A stretch of DNA of 64,000 bases from an uncultured Candidatus Saccharibacteria bacterium. Its GTDB lineage: Bacteria; Patescibacteriota; Saccharimonadia; Saccharimonadales; SZUA-47. Each line of letters begins with the position of its first letter. Position 1 is the first letter of the stretch. Positions 10,578-18,754 of the stretch are shown here, in pieces. The notes beneath the pieces are model-generated. The model did not search any database. It was given only the letters and a program-made list of their open reading frames with translations, and had not been told where the DNA came from. The DNA is taken from positions 75,985-139,984 of the forward strand of contig CAYQPN010000003.1 in assembly GCA_964419675.1 (NCBI GenBank), given 5' to 3'. The position numbers and the translations under genes were made by a program.

Positions 10578-10823
10578 ATGACAAAAAGAACAGAAGAATT
10601 CAAAGTGAACGGGGAAGACCTGTTGAAAACAGTTAAGAAAATTATTAAAGAGGGAAACGTACGGCGCATCACTATACGAAATAAGGAAGGGAAAAGCATT
10701 GTAGAGATTCCGTTGACCATTGGTGTTGTAGGCGCCGTACTTGCTCCACCGCTCGCCGCAATCGGGGCCCTGGCTGCACTTCTAACTGAGTGCACAATAG
10801 TTGTTGAACGAGAAGAAAAATAG
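10578..10823 (+). CDS. DUF4342 domain protein
   Basis: 81 aa. VRRITIRNKEGKSIVEIPLTIGVVGAVLAPPLAAIGALAAL is typical of DUF4342. Confidence 0.6.
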   Translation: MTKRTEEFKVNGEDLLKTVKKIIKEGNVRRITIRNKEGKSIVEIPLTIGVVGAVLAPPLAAIGALAALLTECTIVVEREEK

Positions 10824-10902
10824 CTAAACTCACCTATAAATTTGACTGTCATCCTGATATTTGTAAAATCTTATACATACCCCTATAATCTCTCTTAAGC
10901 TT

Positions 10903-12054
10903 ATGGAACAAAATAACAAGTCTAGTAACAGTGCGTTTAAACCTCCTGTTGATGTAACAATAAAACGCACGCGCAAGTTTGATTTTTCTGGCATGAAAGA
11001 AAAATTTTTGAAGAAGCCAACTAAAAAGCGCCTTTTAATTGTAGCCGGGGCAAGCCTTGGGTTGCTTGTTTTGGGTGTTGGTGCACTTTATTTGTTTGGG
11101 CCTAAACCTGCTGAGATTGGACCTGAGCCAACCGTAGAATCAACTTACGTTGCACCTGTTCCGACCACTATGGCATCACCGCTCACTGGAGTAATAGTAG
11201 AAAAGGCGCTTGCTGAGCGGCCCGTAACGGGAATAATGGTTGAGAACAGCGTGGATGCTAGGCCTCAATCTGGGTTAACAGACGCAGGTATCGTTTTTGA
11301 AGCCATCGCCGAGGGTGGGATTACCAGGTTTTTGACTCTATTCCAAGAAGCTCAGCCAACCAACGTCGGTCCTATACGGAGTGCTAGACCTTACTACGTT
11401 GAATGGGCTGCCGGCTTTGGTTCAAGATATTTGCATAGCGGTGGTAGCGGGGAAGCTTTGGCTCTAATCCGTAGTCTAGGAGTCAAGGACATAGATCACG
11501 GCGCCTATGGCGAGCGAATTGCCAGCCGTGTCTCCAGCCGCTACGCGCCACATAATGTCTACACCAGCATGGAAAGAATTGACGCACTAGGCACAGAACT
11601 TGGATTTACCAGCAGCGAGTTTACTCCTTTTGCACGCAAGGAAGATGTAAAAGCTGAACTACCGACGGCTTCAACAATAAATTTTGATATTTCAGGGCAA
11701 AATTACAATACCAAATACTCCTACGATGCAACATCAAACAGCTACTTAAGAAACATGGCTGGGTTGCCTCACACCGACGAAAATAACGGCAAGCAAATTC
11801 AACCAAAAGTAGTAATTGCATTAATCACTACCTACAGCATACATTCCGACAAAATCCACAGTGTTTATAAAACAACCGGTTCGGGTAGTGCAATTGTCTT
11901 CCAAGACGGTATTGCCACAACTGGAACTTGGAAAAAAGATTCACAAACTAGCTCACTGGGCTTTTTCAACGTAGACGGTACACCGTTACTACTCAACGCC
12001 GGTCAAACGTGGATAACGGCAATACCGGACGGAAGAACAAGTTATACACCTTAG
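10903..12054 (+). CDS. DUF3048 domain protein (YerB-like)
   Basis: 383 aa. TM anchor, then PLTG...RPVTGIMVENSVDARPQSGL...VFEAIAEGGITRFLTLF, which is characteristic of DUF3048. Confidence 0.65.
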   Translation: MEQNNKSSNSAFKPPVDVTIKRTRKFDFSGMKEKFLKKPTKKRLLIVAGASLGLLVLGVGALYLFGPKPAEIGPEPTVESTYVAPVPTTMASPLTGVIVEKALAERPVTGIMVENSVDARPQSGLTDAGIVFEAIAEGGITRFLTLFQEAQPTNVGPIRSARPYYVEWAAGFGSRYLHSGGSGEALALIRSLGVKDIDHGAYGERIASRVSSRYAPHNVYTSMERIDALGTELGFTSSEFTPFARKEDVKAELPTASTINFDISGQNYNTKYSYDATSNSYLRNMAGLPHTDENNGKQIQPKVVIALITTYSIHSDKIHSVYKTTGSGSAIVFQDGIATTGTWKKDSQTSSLGFFNVDGTPLLLNAGQTWITAIPDGRTSYTP

Positions 12055-12077
12055 TGTTATCTAAAAAAGGGTAGGCA

Positions 12078-13607
12078 ATGGATTACTTCAGTAAATACAA
12101 GCGTCAATTAGTCAACCGCTCTTTTTTGGCCATTTTTGTACCTGTTATTTTAACAGTGGCTGCTGGGTTTCTAGGAAGTTTACTGGGGCTAGATACAATT
12201 TATGTTACTGCCATTATGCTTGTCGCGGGTCTATGCGGGGCTATTGTAATGACAATTATCATAAGTACGCAGACAAGTAAACCGATTGAGGTTATAGGCC
12301 AAGTTCTAACATATGCTTCACACTCTAACAGAGACAGTTCTGCCCCAAGTGCTGAGTCTTTAATTATTGCTCGTGAATTAGTAGAATCGATTAGCTCACA
12401 GATTTACGAACTAGCTAGTAGCTCGAATACGACGGACTCGACTAACCCGAGTGTGGCTACAACTCCCACGAATTCAAATTTATTTGACCATCTAAGCTTG
12501 CCGGTTTTCGGTATAGATAGGTCTCAAAAGGTAACAATTGTTAATCGTTCCGCAGCTGAATTTTTAGGTAAGACTGTCGCAGATATAGCCGGAAAGCCAC
12601 TTTACGATTCGTTGCAACTGACTTTCCAAGACAATGAGACATTTGATACTTGGTTGGGAAAAATCACTGCTACCGCCGTTACTGGATCTCATAGTTGGAC
12701 AAAAGTTAGACATATACCCCTGGAGGGTGAGCCCAAACAGTTCGACTTGACTGCAAGTTTTAGCAGTGGGAACGAAAGCGGCACTGAAACAATGCTGGTT
12801 TTGTTTGATAAAACAGCTGCGTATGACGATGAAGACCAGCAGGTTGATTTTGTTGCATTGGCTGTCCACGAGCTTAGGACACCCTTAACTATTATGCGTG
12901 GCTACATCGAAGTTTTTGAAGACGAGCTAGGACCAACACTCTCTCCCGAATTAACACAGTTTATGTATAAGATGCATGCTAGTGCACAACAGCTTACAGC
13001 ATTTGTAGGTAATATTTTAAATGTTGCCAGAGTTGAAGAGAATCAACTTTCACTCAAACTACGTTCAGAGTCTTGGCCCGATATCTTAAAGATGGCTATA
13101 GAGGACTTGCAGATGAGGGCTCATGTACATGGCATAACCATTGAGCTACAAATTGCTCAAGATTTACCTGCTGTCGCGGTTGATAGAATAAGCATACACG
13201 AAGTGTTGAACAACCTGGTTGACAACGCAATTAAGTACAGCGAGCAGTCGAATAAAATAATTATTACATCACAGATTAACGCAGACGGACTTGTAGAAAC
13301 AAGTGTCCAAGATTTTGGAATTGGCATGCCGCCGAATGTTGTTAATGAACTATTCCAAAAATTTTATAGAAGTCATAAAAGCAACGTGCGAACTGGTGGT
13401 ACGGGGCTTGGACTATACATTAGTAAAGCACTGGTCAACGCCCACGGTGGCAATATTTGGGTTCGTTCAAAAGAAGGCGAGGGGAGTATATTTAGTTTTA
13501 CAATACTACCGTATGATAAATTATCATCTGAAAAGAAAGCCGGAGAGGATGATATCATTAGAGGAGCCCATGGATGGATAAAAAACCATTCGTTATATAG
13601 GCAATAA
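12078..13607 (+). CDS. sensor histidine kinase
   Basis: 509 aa. Two N-terminal TM helices, H-box HELRTPLT, N-box NLVDNAIKY, DFGIGM and GGTGLGL. Confidence 0.88.
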   Translation: MDYFSKYKRQLVNRSFLAIFVPVILTVAAGFLGSLLGLDTIYVTAIMLVAGLCGAIVMTIIISTQTSKPIEVIGQVLTYASHSNRDSSAPSAESLIIARELVESISSQIYELASSSNTTDSTNPSVATTPTNSNLFDHLSLPVFGIDRSQKVTIVNRSAAEFLGKTVADIAGKPLYDSLQLTFQDNETFDTWLGKITATAVTGSHSWTKVRHIPLEGEPKQFDLTASFSSGNESGTETMLVLFDKTAAYDDEDQQVDFVALAVHELRTPLTIMRGYIEVFEDELGPTLSPELTQFMYKMHASAQQLTAFVGNILNVARVEENQLSLKLRSESWPDILKMAIEDLQMRAHVHGITIELQIAQDLPAVAVDRISIHEVLNNLVDNAIKYSEQSNKIIITSQINADGLVETSVQDFGIGMPPNVVNELFQKFYRSHKSNVRTGGTGLGLYISKALVNAHGGNIWVRSKEGEGSIFSFTILPYDKLSSEKKAGEDDIIRGAHGWIKNHSLYRQ

Positions 13608-13610
13608 AAC

Positions 13611-13985
13611 ATGAAACCAAGAATACTATGTATTGAAGACGAACTATTTATAAGCGAGCTATACACCCGCGCGCTTGAAAATGCCGGATATGATGTTCGT
13701 GTTATTGCAGACGGTCAGGAAGGCTTGCAGGAAGCCCTAGCGGGTAACTACGACATAATCCTACTTGATATCATGCTTCCGACAATGAATGGCGTAGACA
13801 TGCTTAAACTTATGCGTAGCCCAACCGTTAATCCACCGCTCGTAAGCAAAATTATCATTACTACAAATCTTGATCAAAAAGAAGAAATACGCAAACAGGT
13901 TGAACAGATGGCCGACGGCTACTTAATAAAAGCTGAGATTACTCCCCGTGAACTAGTAACATACATCCAGCAAGTTACACAGTAA
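13611..13985 (+). CDS. single-domain response regulator
   Basis: 124 aa starting 4 nt after the kinase stop. ILCIEDE, DIILLDIMLP, GYLIKA. No output domain. Confidence 0.85.
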   Translation: MKPRILCIEDELFISELYTRALENAGYDVRVIADGQEGLQEALAGNYDIILLDIMLPTMNGVDMLKLMRSPTVNPPLVSKIIITTNLDQKEEIRKQVEQMADGYLIKAEITPRELVTYIQQVTQ

Positions 13986-13987
13986 GT

Positions 13988-14016
13988 TTCGATCATTGTT
14001 GATTATCAGATATAAT
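13988..14016 (+). promoter_or_regulatory. candidate sigma70-type promoter (copy 1 of the TTATCAGATATAATA element)
   Basis: TATAAT at 14011-14016, preceded 17 nt upstream by TTCGAT. The 15-mer TTATCAGATATAATA recurs at 14306-14320 in front of tRNA-Glu. Confidence 0.35.
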
Positions 14017-14024
14017 AAACCAAG

Positions 14025-14255
14025 CTGTAGCCATTCCAAATTCAAGAGAGGATTCTTGAATTTGAGAGGAATGGCTTGTGTGACCAAGTCATTGTTTAAC
14101 AAAAAGTAACGTCTTTGTTAAACTTGACAGGGCATCAAGTCATGACGAGGTCCCATCGTCTAAAGTGAAGACCGCCAGTGGCGGTATGCAAGACCGGAAG
14201 CGCGACGGCGCTGAGGTGGGGTCGACCAATTCGCTACCGAGCGAATATGGGTGAC
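14025..14255 (+). ncRNA. candidate structured RNA: two long hairpins followed by a tRNA-Glu-derived, tRNA-like element
   Basis: Hairpins at 14029-14076 (AGCCATTCC.AAATTCAAGA/TCTTGAATTT.GGAATGGCT) and 14088-14128 (GTTTAACAAA/TTTGTTAAAC). From 14149, 15 nt are identical to the tRNA-Glu 5' end. Acceptor-like pairing GGTCCCA (14149-14155) / TGGGGTC (14217-14223) is followed by GACCA. There is a D-arm-like GTCT/AGAC, and internal hairpins at 14171-14185, 14200-14211 and 14229-14246. Confidence 0.35.
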
Positions 14256-14290
14256 TAGGACATCTTAACCGTTAGTCAACAATTTATCAC

Positions 14291-14319
14291 TAAACTTACA
14301 CTTTATTATCAGATATAAT
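14291..14319 (+). promoter_or_regulatory. candidate promoter of tRNA-Glu (copy 2 of the TTATCAGATATAATA element)
   Basis: TATAAT at 14314-14319, 15 nt upstream of the mature tRNA 5' end. Confidence 0.4.
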
Positions 14320-14334
14320 ATACAAGCCTAATAC

Positions 14335-14409
14335 GGTCCCATCGTCTAACGGTTAGGACACTAGATTCTCAATCTAGCAATACGAGTTCGATTCTCGTTG
14401 GGATCACCA
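14335..14409 (+). tRNA. tRNA-Glu (anticodon CTC), CCA encoded
   Basis: Manual cloverleaf. Acceptor GGTCCCA/TGGGATC, D-arm GTCT-AACGGTTA-GGAC, anticodon arm CTAGA-TTCTCAA-TCTAG, T-arm ACGAG-TTCGATT-CTCGT, then discriminator A plus CCA. Confidence 0.93.
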
Positions 14410-14414
14410 AATAA

Positions 14415-14446
14415 AATTGCTCACTGTTAAGTGAGCAATTTTATTT
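14415..14446 (+). terminator. rho-independent terminator after tRNA-Glu
   Basis: Perfect stem AATTGCTCAC / GTGAGCAATT with loop TGTTAA, followed by TTATTT. A-rich on the 5' side, so potentially bidirectional. Confidence 0.7.
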
Positions 14447-14454
14447 GATAATTA

Positions 14455-14596
14455 CCCAAACGAGAAGCGAACTCGACAAGCGAGTCCAACGAGCGGAGTT
14501 CGAAGACAAGTGCAGTGAAGAGAAAGCGCGAAGCATTTTCTTTGAACAAGCGCAGGCGCATCCGCCCAAGGCGGATATTCTCGCTTTGGATCACCA
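14455..14596 (+). other. structured leader-like element ending in a degenerate copy of the tRNA-Glu 3' end
   Basis: ATTCTCGCTTTGGATCACCA (14577-14596) matches the tRNA 3' end ATTCTCGTTGGGATCACCA (14391-14409) with one indel and one substitution. CCAAACGAGAA (14456-14466) can pair with TTCTCGCTTTGG. Internal helices are CGAACTC/GAGTTCG and ATCCGCC/GGCGGAT. The element ends 18 nt before the ATG at 14615. Confidence 0.3.
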
Positions 14597-14614
14597 TTTT
14601 GATATTATTGTCAT

Positions 14615-15187
14615 ATGACCGTGATTCATAAGTTCAGCCCCTTAGTATTACTAACTTTATCTCAAATACTCTGGTGGGGCTCTCTTGCTGTCTGTTATTT
14701 AGTGAATCCGTCTGTATTGAATAGTGGTGAAGTTATAAGTCTCTACGGAACATTTCCGGAGACTATGTGGATATTTGGGTTTGGACTCGTGAGTAGCGGG
14801 ATCCTCACTCTTGTGCTGGCAAGTCATCTTAAGCACCAAAAGTATCTTAAAATTACTTTAATTATTGTTGGTTTGTGCTCAATATTATTGCCGTTTTTTA
14901 GACTAAACTCTGGGAATGTTAATTTTCTGTTTCACGCGGTATTCTCGGGTGCTATATTCTTCTGCGAAGCGTTAGGGCTCTTATTTGTTAACTTAAAACT
15001 TAGAAAGAGTTACTATAAATATTTTTCTGCTTTCATGACAATCTGTATTCTCGTACTATTTTTAAGTCTTGGTGAAATTGGGATACTTAATCTATTACTG
15101 GCTAGCGAGTTTGCAGTACCGATTATCTTTGGTGCATGGTTGCAAGTGATAGCTAGACGGGAAGATGTTTTTTCTGTATTAGCCTAA
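14615..15187 (+). CDS. hypothetical multi-pass membrane protein
   Basis: 190 aa with about six hydrophobic helices. No motif recognised. Confidence 0.5.
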   Translation: MTVIHKFSPLVLLTLSQILWWGSLAVCYLVNPSVLNSGEVISLYGTFPETMWIFGFGLVSSGILTLVLASHLKHQKYLKITLIIVGLCSILLPFFRLNSGNVNFLFHAVFSGAIFFCEALGLLFVNLKLRKSYYKYFSAFMTICILVLFLSLGEIGILNLLLASEFAVPIIFGAWLQVIARREDVFSVLA

Positions 15188-15206
15188 CAATTTCTATTTA
15201 AACTTT

Positions 15207-16052
15207 CTATGCAACTAACAGCTTTTGAATGTGTAGTCCGTCAAGACGATCGACATTCTGATGAATATTTGACAGCATAAGAGGTTTATAAATATTCAAC
15301 CGATTATAGTGTGCCACTAGTGGTGCGGTACCAATCACAAATAACGGAATTTTTGACTGGCCCAAAGCTCTATCCACACCCTTAGCAACATTTCTGATAA
15401 AAGTATCTTCAAGCATTTTACTTCGATCTTTATAGCCACCGTGACCATGAAAGGCCTCAGAATTCTTGATGCCTCCAAGTCCAACCATATGAGTTTGCAA
15501 ATCCTCGCCAGGTTCGTCTAGGTGCAAAGACTTTTTCAAATCTTCCGGAATCTTTTTTTCGGCAATACGAGTAACAGATGCATCGTTCCTAACTCTAAAG
15601 AGACGAGTATTTTTTTTACTAAGCGCTAGAATAAAATGATTATGAAGAGTTTCTGGTTCCAAGATGCTCAAAGGTTCAACCACAAAACGAACACCAACAA
15701 AAATTCGCTGTTCAAAGCTATGATTAATTCTAAATTTATAAATTGCTTCATCATTTATGAATATAGCCAGACCTTTTGACTGAGATTCCCAGAAAAGAAG
15801 TTCGTCTATCATTTTTCTTGCTAGCTCAACCCATTTTGTATCTTTTTTTACCTCTAACGGCATAAAGTTGCCTAAGGCCATTTGTTTGGCAGACCTAAGA
15901 GCATTTTTAAAGACAATTCTATTTGATTCTGTACCAGAAAAACCCGGCTTCATAGGCAAATAAATCGATATGCTTGGCGTTGATTCTTGTCTGGCTAATT
16001 TGTTTATTGTATAAGGCGTAATCGTATTAATCATAATCACCACCACACTCAA
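15207..16052 (-). CDS. eRF1-like (baeRF-family-like) protein, hypothetical
   Basis: 281 aa. The N-terminal pattern PSISIYLPMKPG...ESNRIVFKNALRSA and overall layout match my recollection of bacterial eRF1-like baeRF families. No GGQ motif seen. Assignment from memory only. Confidence 0.4.
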   Translation of the reverse strand: MSVVVIMINTITPYTINKLARQESTPSISIYLPMKPGFSGTESNRIVFKNALRSAKQMALGNFMPLEVKKDTKWVELARKMIDELLFWESQSKGLAIFINDEAIYKFRINHSFEQRIFVGVRFVVEPLSILEPETLHNHFILALSKKNTRLFRVRNDASVTRIAEKKIPEDLKKSLHLDEPGEDLQTHMVGLGGIKNSEAFHGHGGYKDRSKMLEDTFIRNVAKGVDRALGQSKIPLFVIGTAPLVAHYNRLNIYKPLMLSNIHQNVDRLDGLHIQKLLVA

Positions 16053-16078
16053 TTTAAGCAGATTTAGTCTGTTACTTC

Positions 16079-16094
16079 TGTGACCGATGCCACA
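16079..16094. promoter_or_regulatory. CRP/FNR-type palindromic operator candidate
   Basis: TGTGACCGATGCCACA is one mismatch from the palindrome TGTGAC-N4-GTCACA. It lies 27-42 nt upstream of the eRF1-like gene start. Confidence 0.35.
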
Positions 16095-16105
16095 CTGTAG
16101 TCAAA

Positions 16106-16771
16106 CTAAAGATTTGATCCAAGCATCATTTGGAGCCTAGCAAGATCCTTAACCGAAATTGTTCCATGATTCACCGTAACTAAACCTTGTGACTTTAGTT
16201 TATTTAATTTTCGGCTAACTGTTTCCCTAGATAGTCCCGATCTGCTGGCTAGTTCATCTTCTGTTAGCTGTAACGCATATACACCACTTTTGTCCTTAAC
16301 CCCAAATCGTCCACACTCAACAGCCAACTCAAACAATAAACGGCTTTGTGAGGTGCCTCCCATCAGATGCGCCATCCGCCGCTGCAAACCCTCTGTTCCA
16401 GAGTAGACGCGGCTCAGTAAATCGTAGGTAACATCGCTATTTGCTTTTAAAAATTCAATTACTTCATTGGTTGGGGCTTTTCTGGTGCTAGACTCCGCTG
16501 ACACCTCGTAAAAATATTGATTCGGCGTATTGTTAATAGCCCACATCATTGGGAAGAACGCTGATTCCTTAAAGACATTAACAACAACTTCTAGCCCCTT
16601 ATCAGTAATGTCATACTGTCGCACCTGACCTGTTTCTAAATAATAAATACCATCTGGGGTGGTGTCGGCATAAATGAGTATTGAACCCTTATCATGATGG
16701 TACAGGGGGTACTTCGAGAAAAAACCTTCGACTTTTTTCTGAATCGATTTTTTCATAATAGTCCTCTTCAA
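16106..16771 (-). CDS. Crp/Fnr-family transcriptional regulator
   Basis: 221 aa. N-terminal cNMP-binding-like beta-roll and a C-terminal HTH (LASRSGLSRETVSRKLNKLKSQGLV). Confidence 0.85.
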   Translation of the reverse strand: MKRTIMKKSIQKKVEGFFSKYPLYHHDKGSILIYADTTPDGIYYLETGQVRQYDITDKGLEVVVNVFKESAFFPMMWAINNTPNQYFYEVSAESSTRKAPTNEVIEFLKANSDVTYDLLSRVYSGTEGLQRRMAHLMGGTSQSRLLFELAVECGRFGVKDKSGVYALQLTEDELASRSGLSRETVSRKLNKLKSQGLVTVNHGTISVKDLARLQMMLGSNL

Positions 16772-16811
16772 TTTGTATTATAGGCTGTTTTTGTACATAT
16801 ACCACTAAGCG

Positions 16812-16827
16812 TGTGACTTGGGTCATA
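16812..16827. promoter_or_regulatory. CRP/FNR-type palindromic operator candidate in the divergent crp / hsp20-operon intergenic region
   Basis: TGTGACTTGGGTCATA has the same TGTGAC half-site and spacing as the site at 16079, with one mismatch to the palindrome. Confidence 0.4.
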
Positions 16828-16886
16828 GATATGCTGACTTCTTGAGTTTTAAACTAGTGTTGTAAGTAGGGCATGAAGGAGGAGAT

Positions 16887-17108
16887 ATGAGCGTAGCGTC
16901 AGATTTAGGTATAGACGAGAAGTTCTATGCCGAAATCAGTAATCATTGGGAACGTCGAGCACGTAAGCTTCAAGAAAGACGCAGGGGGGCTATTAATTAC
17001 TATGAGGAGGCAAGAAAGCCAAGTCTAGAGATGATTCACCCAGGGTATTTTAGTAAGTTTAATAATTATACAAAGGAGATGGAGAACTATGAAAGTCGTA
17101 AAATATAA
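16887..17108 (+). CDS. small hypothetical protein (first gene of the Hsp20 operon)
   Basis: 73 aa with a strong RBS GAAGGAGGAG 5 nt upstream. Overlaps the hsp20 start by 20 nt. Confidence 0.5.
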   Translation: MSVASDLGIDEKFYAEISNHWERRARKLQERRRGAINYYEEARKPSLEMIHPGYFSKFNNYTKEMENYESRKI

Positions 17109-17508
17109 TCCATTTGATGCTTTTCAATTATTGGATCAAGACATGGATAAATTGATGCCGAGCTGGGATTGGATACCCTCGGTTACTGATAACAGCCCCC
17201 TAGATATGTATGAAGAAGACGGTAAGGTTGTAGCTGAAGTTCGTTTGCCGAATTTCAAAAAAGAAGAGATTCACATCAGCACAGATAATAACGTACTAGA
17301 AATCAGGGCTAAACACGATGAAAAAGAGGAAAAAAAGGGCAAGCGTCGCTACTACTTGAGAGAGGGGAGTAGCCAGTTTATGCGCAGAGTGAGGTTGCCA
17401 GACGGTGTTGAGACCACAAAAGCCAACGCAATATACAAGGATGGCGTTTTAAAAGTGGTATTGCCAAAGGGACAGACAAGAAAAGTTAAAGAGATTTCGG
17501 TCAAATAG
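17089..17508 (+). CDS. Hsp20/alpha-crystallin family small heat-shock protein
   Basis: 139 aa. Alpha-crystallin domain pattern LDMYEEDGKVVAEVRLPNFKKEEIHIS...LEIRAKH...F.RRVRLPDGV...A.YKDGVLKVVLPK. Confidence 0.9.
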   Translation: MKVVKYNPFDAFQLLDQDMDKLMPSWDWIPSVTDNSPLDMYEEDGKVVAEVRLPNFKKEEIHISTDNNVLEIRAKHDEKEEKKGKRRYYLREGSSQFMRRVRLPDGVETTKANAIYKDGVLKVVLPKGQTRKVKEISVK

Positions 17509-17526
17509 CTAAAGAGGGAGGAGATT

Positions 17527-18036
17527 ATGTACGCAGTAAATCATTTGCCGATGACTGATAGCAGTACTTCAACAACAAGTTGTTGCTCTCTGATAGACCC
17601 CAAAGAATGGGACAACCAGACTTTTGAATTCAGAGATAAAAAATTTGCAAAAGTAACTACACATAGCTTTCTGTACTTTCCTCTCGATATGAATTCTAAG
17701 ATGCACAGATCCCAATCACTCATTGAGCAGGTTGGCGGAGACGAAAATGAGCCTCTGATGCTAAGTGAGGACGTATCTAAATGGCACAGCGACCACTATA
17801 TTGCCGTCTCGAAAGATATTCCTGGACTAGAAATGTCACGACTAAGTGGTACTTTCATGACAAAGGTTTTTGAAGGACCATACAAAAATGCAGGTAGGTG
17901 GTATGAGCAGTTATGTAAATACGTCAAACAATTGGGAAAAACTCCTATAAAAACGTACTTCTACTACACAACTTGCCCGAAGTGCGCTAAGGTCTACAAA
18001 AAGAATTACGTAGTGGGGTTCGCACAAGTAAACTAA
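17527..18036 (+). CDS. hypothetical protein with C-terminal CPKC motif
   Basis: 169 aa with RBS GAGGGAGGAG. C-terminal YFYYTTCPKCAKVYKKNYVV. Family not identified. Confidence 0.5.
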   Translation: MYAVNHLPMTDSSTSTTSCCSLIDPKEWDNQTFEFRDKKFAKVTTHSFLYFPLDMNSKMHRSQSLIEQVGGDENEPLMLSEDVSKWHSDHYIAVSKDIPGLEMSRLSGTFMTKVFEGPYKNAGRWYEQLCKYVKQLGKTPIKTYFYYTTCPKCAKVYKKNYVVGFAQVN

Positions 18037-18054
18037 TTTCGAGGACACCGAACT

Positions 18055-18420
18055 ATGATTAAACTACTAAAACAAGGAAAATATAGGTTGATAGAAACCA
18101 AGGCTCATAAAAAGATTCTGACCCTCGGAGCCAATGATTATGCTTGGGTTAATGCTATTGAGATTGGTGAAATTTTGGTAGCGAGTCATAATCCGCATAT
18201 TGTTGATGCTATTCTGTCTGTAGGGAACTATTGGCTCTACGACGTCAAGGACGACCCCGAATTAACGGATCTGCAGCACCTGGAGCTTGAGGTGGGGCCA
18301 AATACTATACAGGGCTTCTTGCTTCTGACCGGTTTGCCAACCAGCAAAAAGAAGCGAAGCAGAATTATCCCAACAAATCAATTGGTAGGGAATAAAAGCA
18401 AGCAGGGGAAAACAACATGA
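18055..18420 (+). CDS. hypothetical protein
   Basis: 121-aa ORF in operon context. Its stop overlaps the next start (ATGA). Confidence 0.45.
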   Translation: MIKLLKQGKYRLIETKAHKKILTLGANDYAWVNAIEIGEILVASHNPHIVDAILSVGNYWLYDVKDDPELTDLQHLELEVGPNTIQGFLLLTGLPTSKKKRSRIIPTNQLVGNKSKQGKTT

Positions 18421-18707
18421 CGCACATAAAAATTTTTACACTTGAGGAAGCTAAAGCAATTGGAGATGTAATTGGTATTGATTTTAACAAGATAAATATC
18501 GAGGAATTCCGTGCTGGACTTGGAGTTGAGCTAGAACACGGCAGTCATGATCCAGAAACCGACGTTATTGGAGATGACGAAAATCTAGCAGGGAAAATCG
18601 CCTGGGCGCATCTAAAAGAATTTCCGGACTATTATACTCGACTTAAAAAAATGGAAGCCGAAGGTGAAGTATTCTGGTCCCAGAAAGTATCCGACCAAAC
18701 TCGGTAG
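18417..18707 (+). CDS. DUF5661-like protein
   Basis: 96 aa. FRAGLGVELEHGSHDPETDV...KIAWAHLKEFPDYYTRLKKME matches my recollection of the DUF5661 pattern. Confidence 0.5.
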   Translation: MTHIKIFTLEEAKAIGDVIGIDFNKINIEEFRAGLGVELEHGSHDPETDVIGDDENLAGKIAWAHLKEFPDYYTRLKKMEAEGEVFWSQKVSDQTR

Positions 18708-18754
18708 ATTATCATAGATATAGCATATAGATCCAGCCTTAAACACCCCTATGA

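Noticed and set aside
14170-14215. SRP (4.5S) RNA helix 8 suggested by GACCGGAAGCG
   Set aside because: The sequence after the GGAA does not pair back (GCGC versus GACC), and the conserved AGCAGC symmetric-loop strand is missing.
14149-14228. A second functional tRNA gene upstream of tRNA-Glu
   Set aside because: Only the acceptor stem and D-arm can be drawn. There is no 7-nt anticodon loop on a 5-bp stem, no T-arm with a TTCGA-type loop, and the 3' end reads GACCA. It is reported instead as a tRNA-like RNA or pseudogene.
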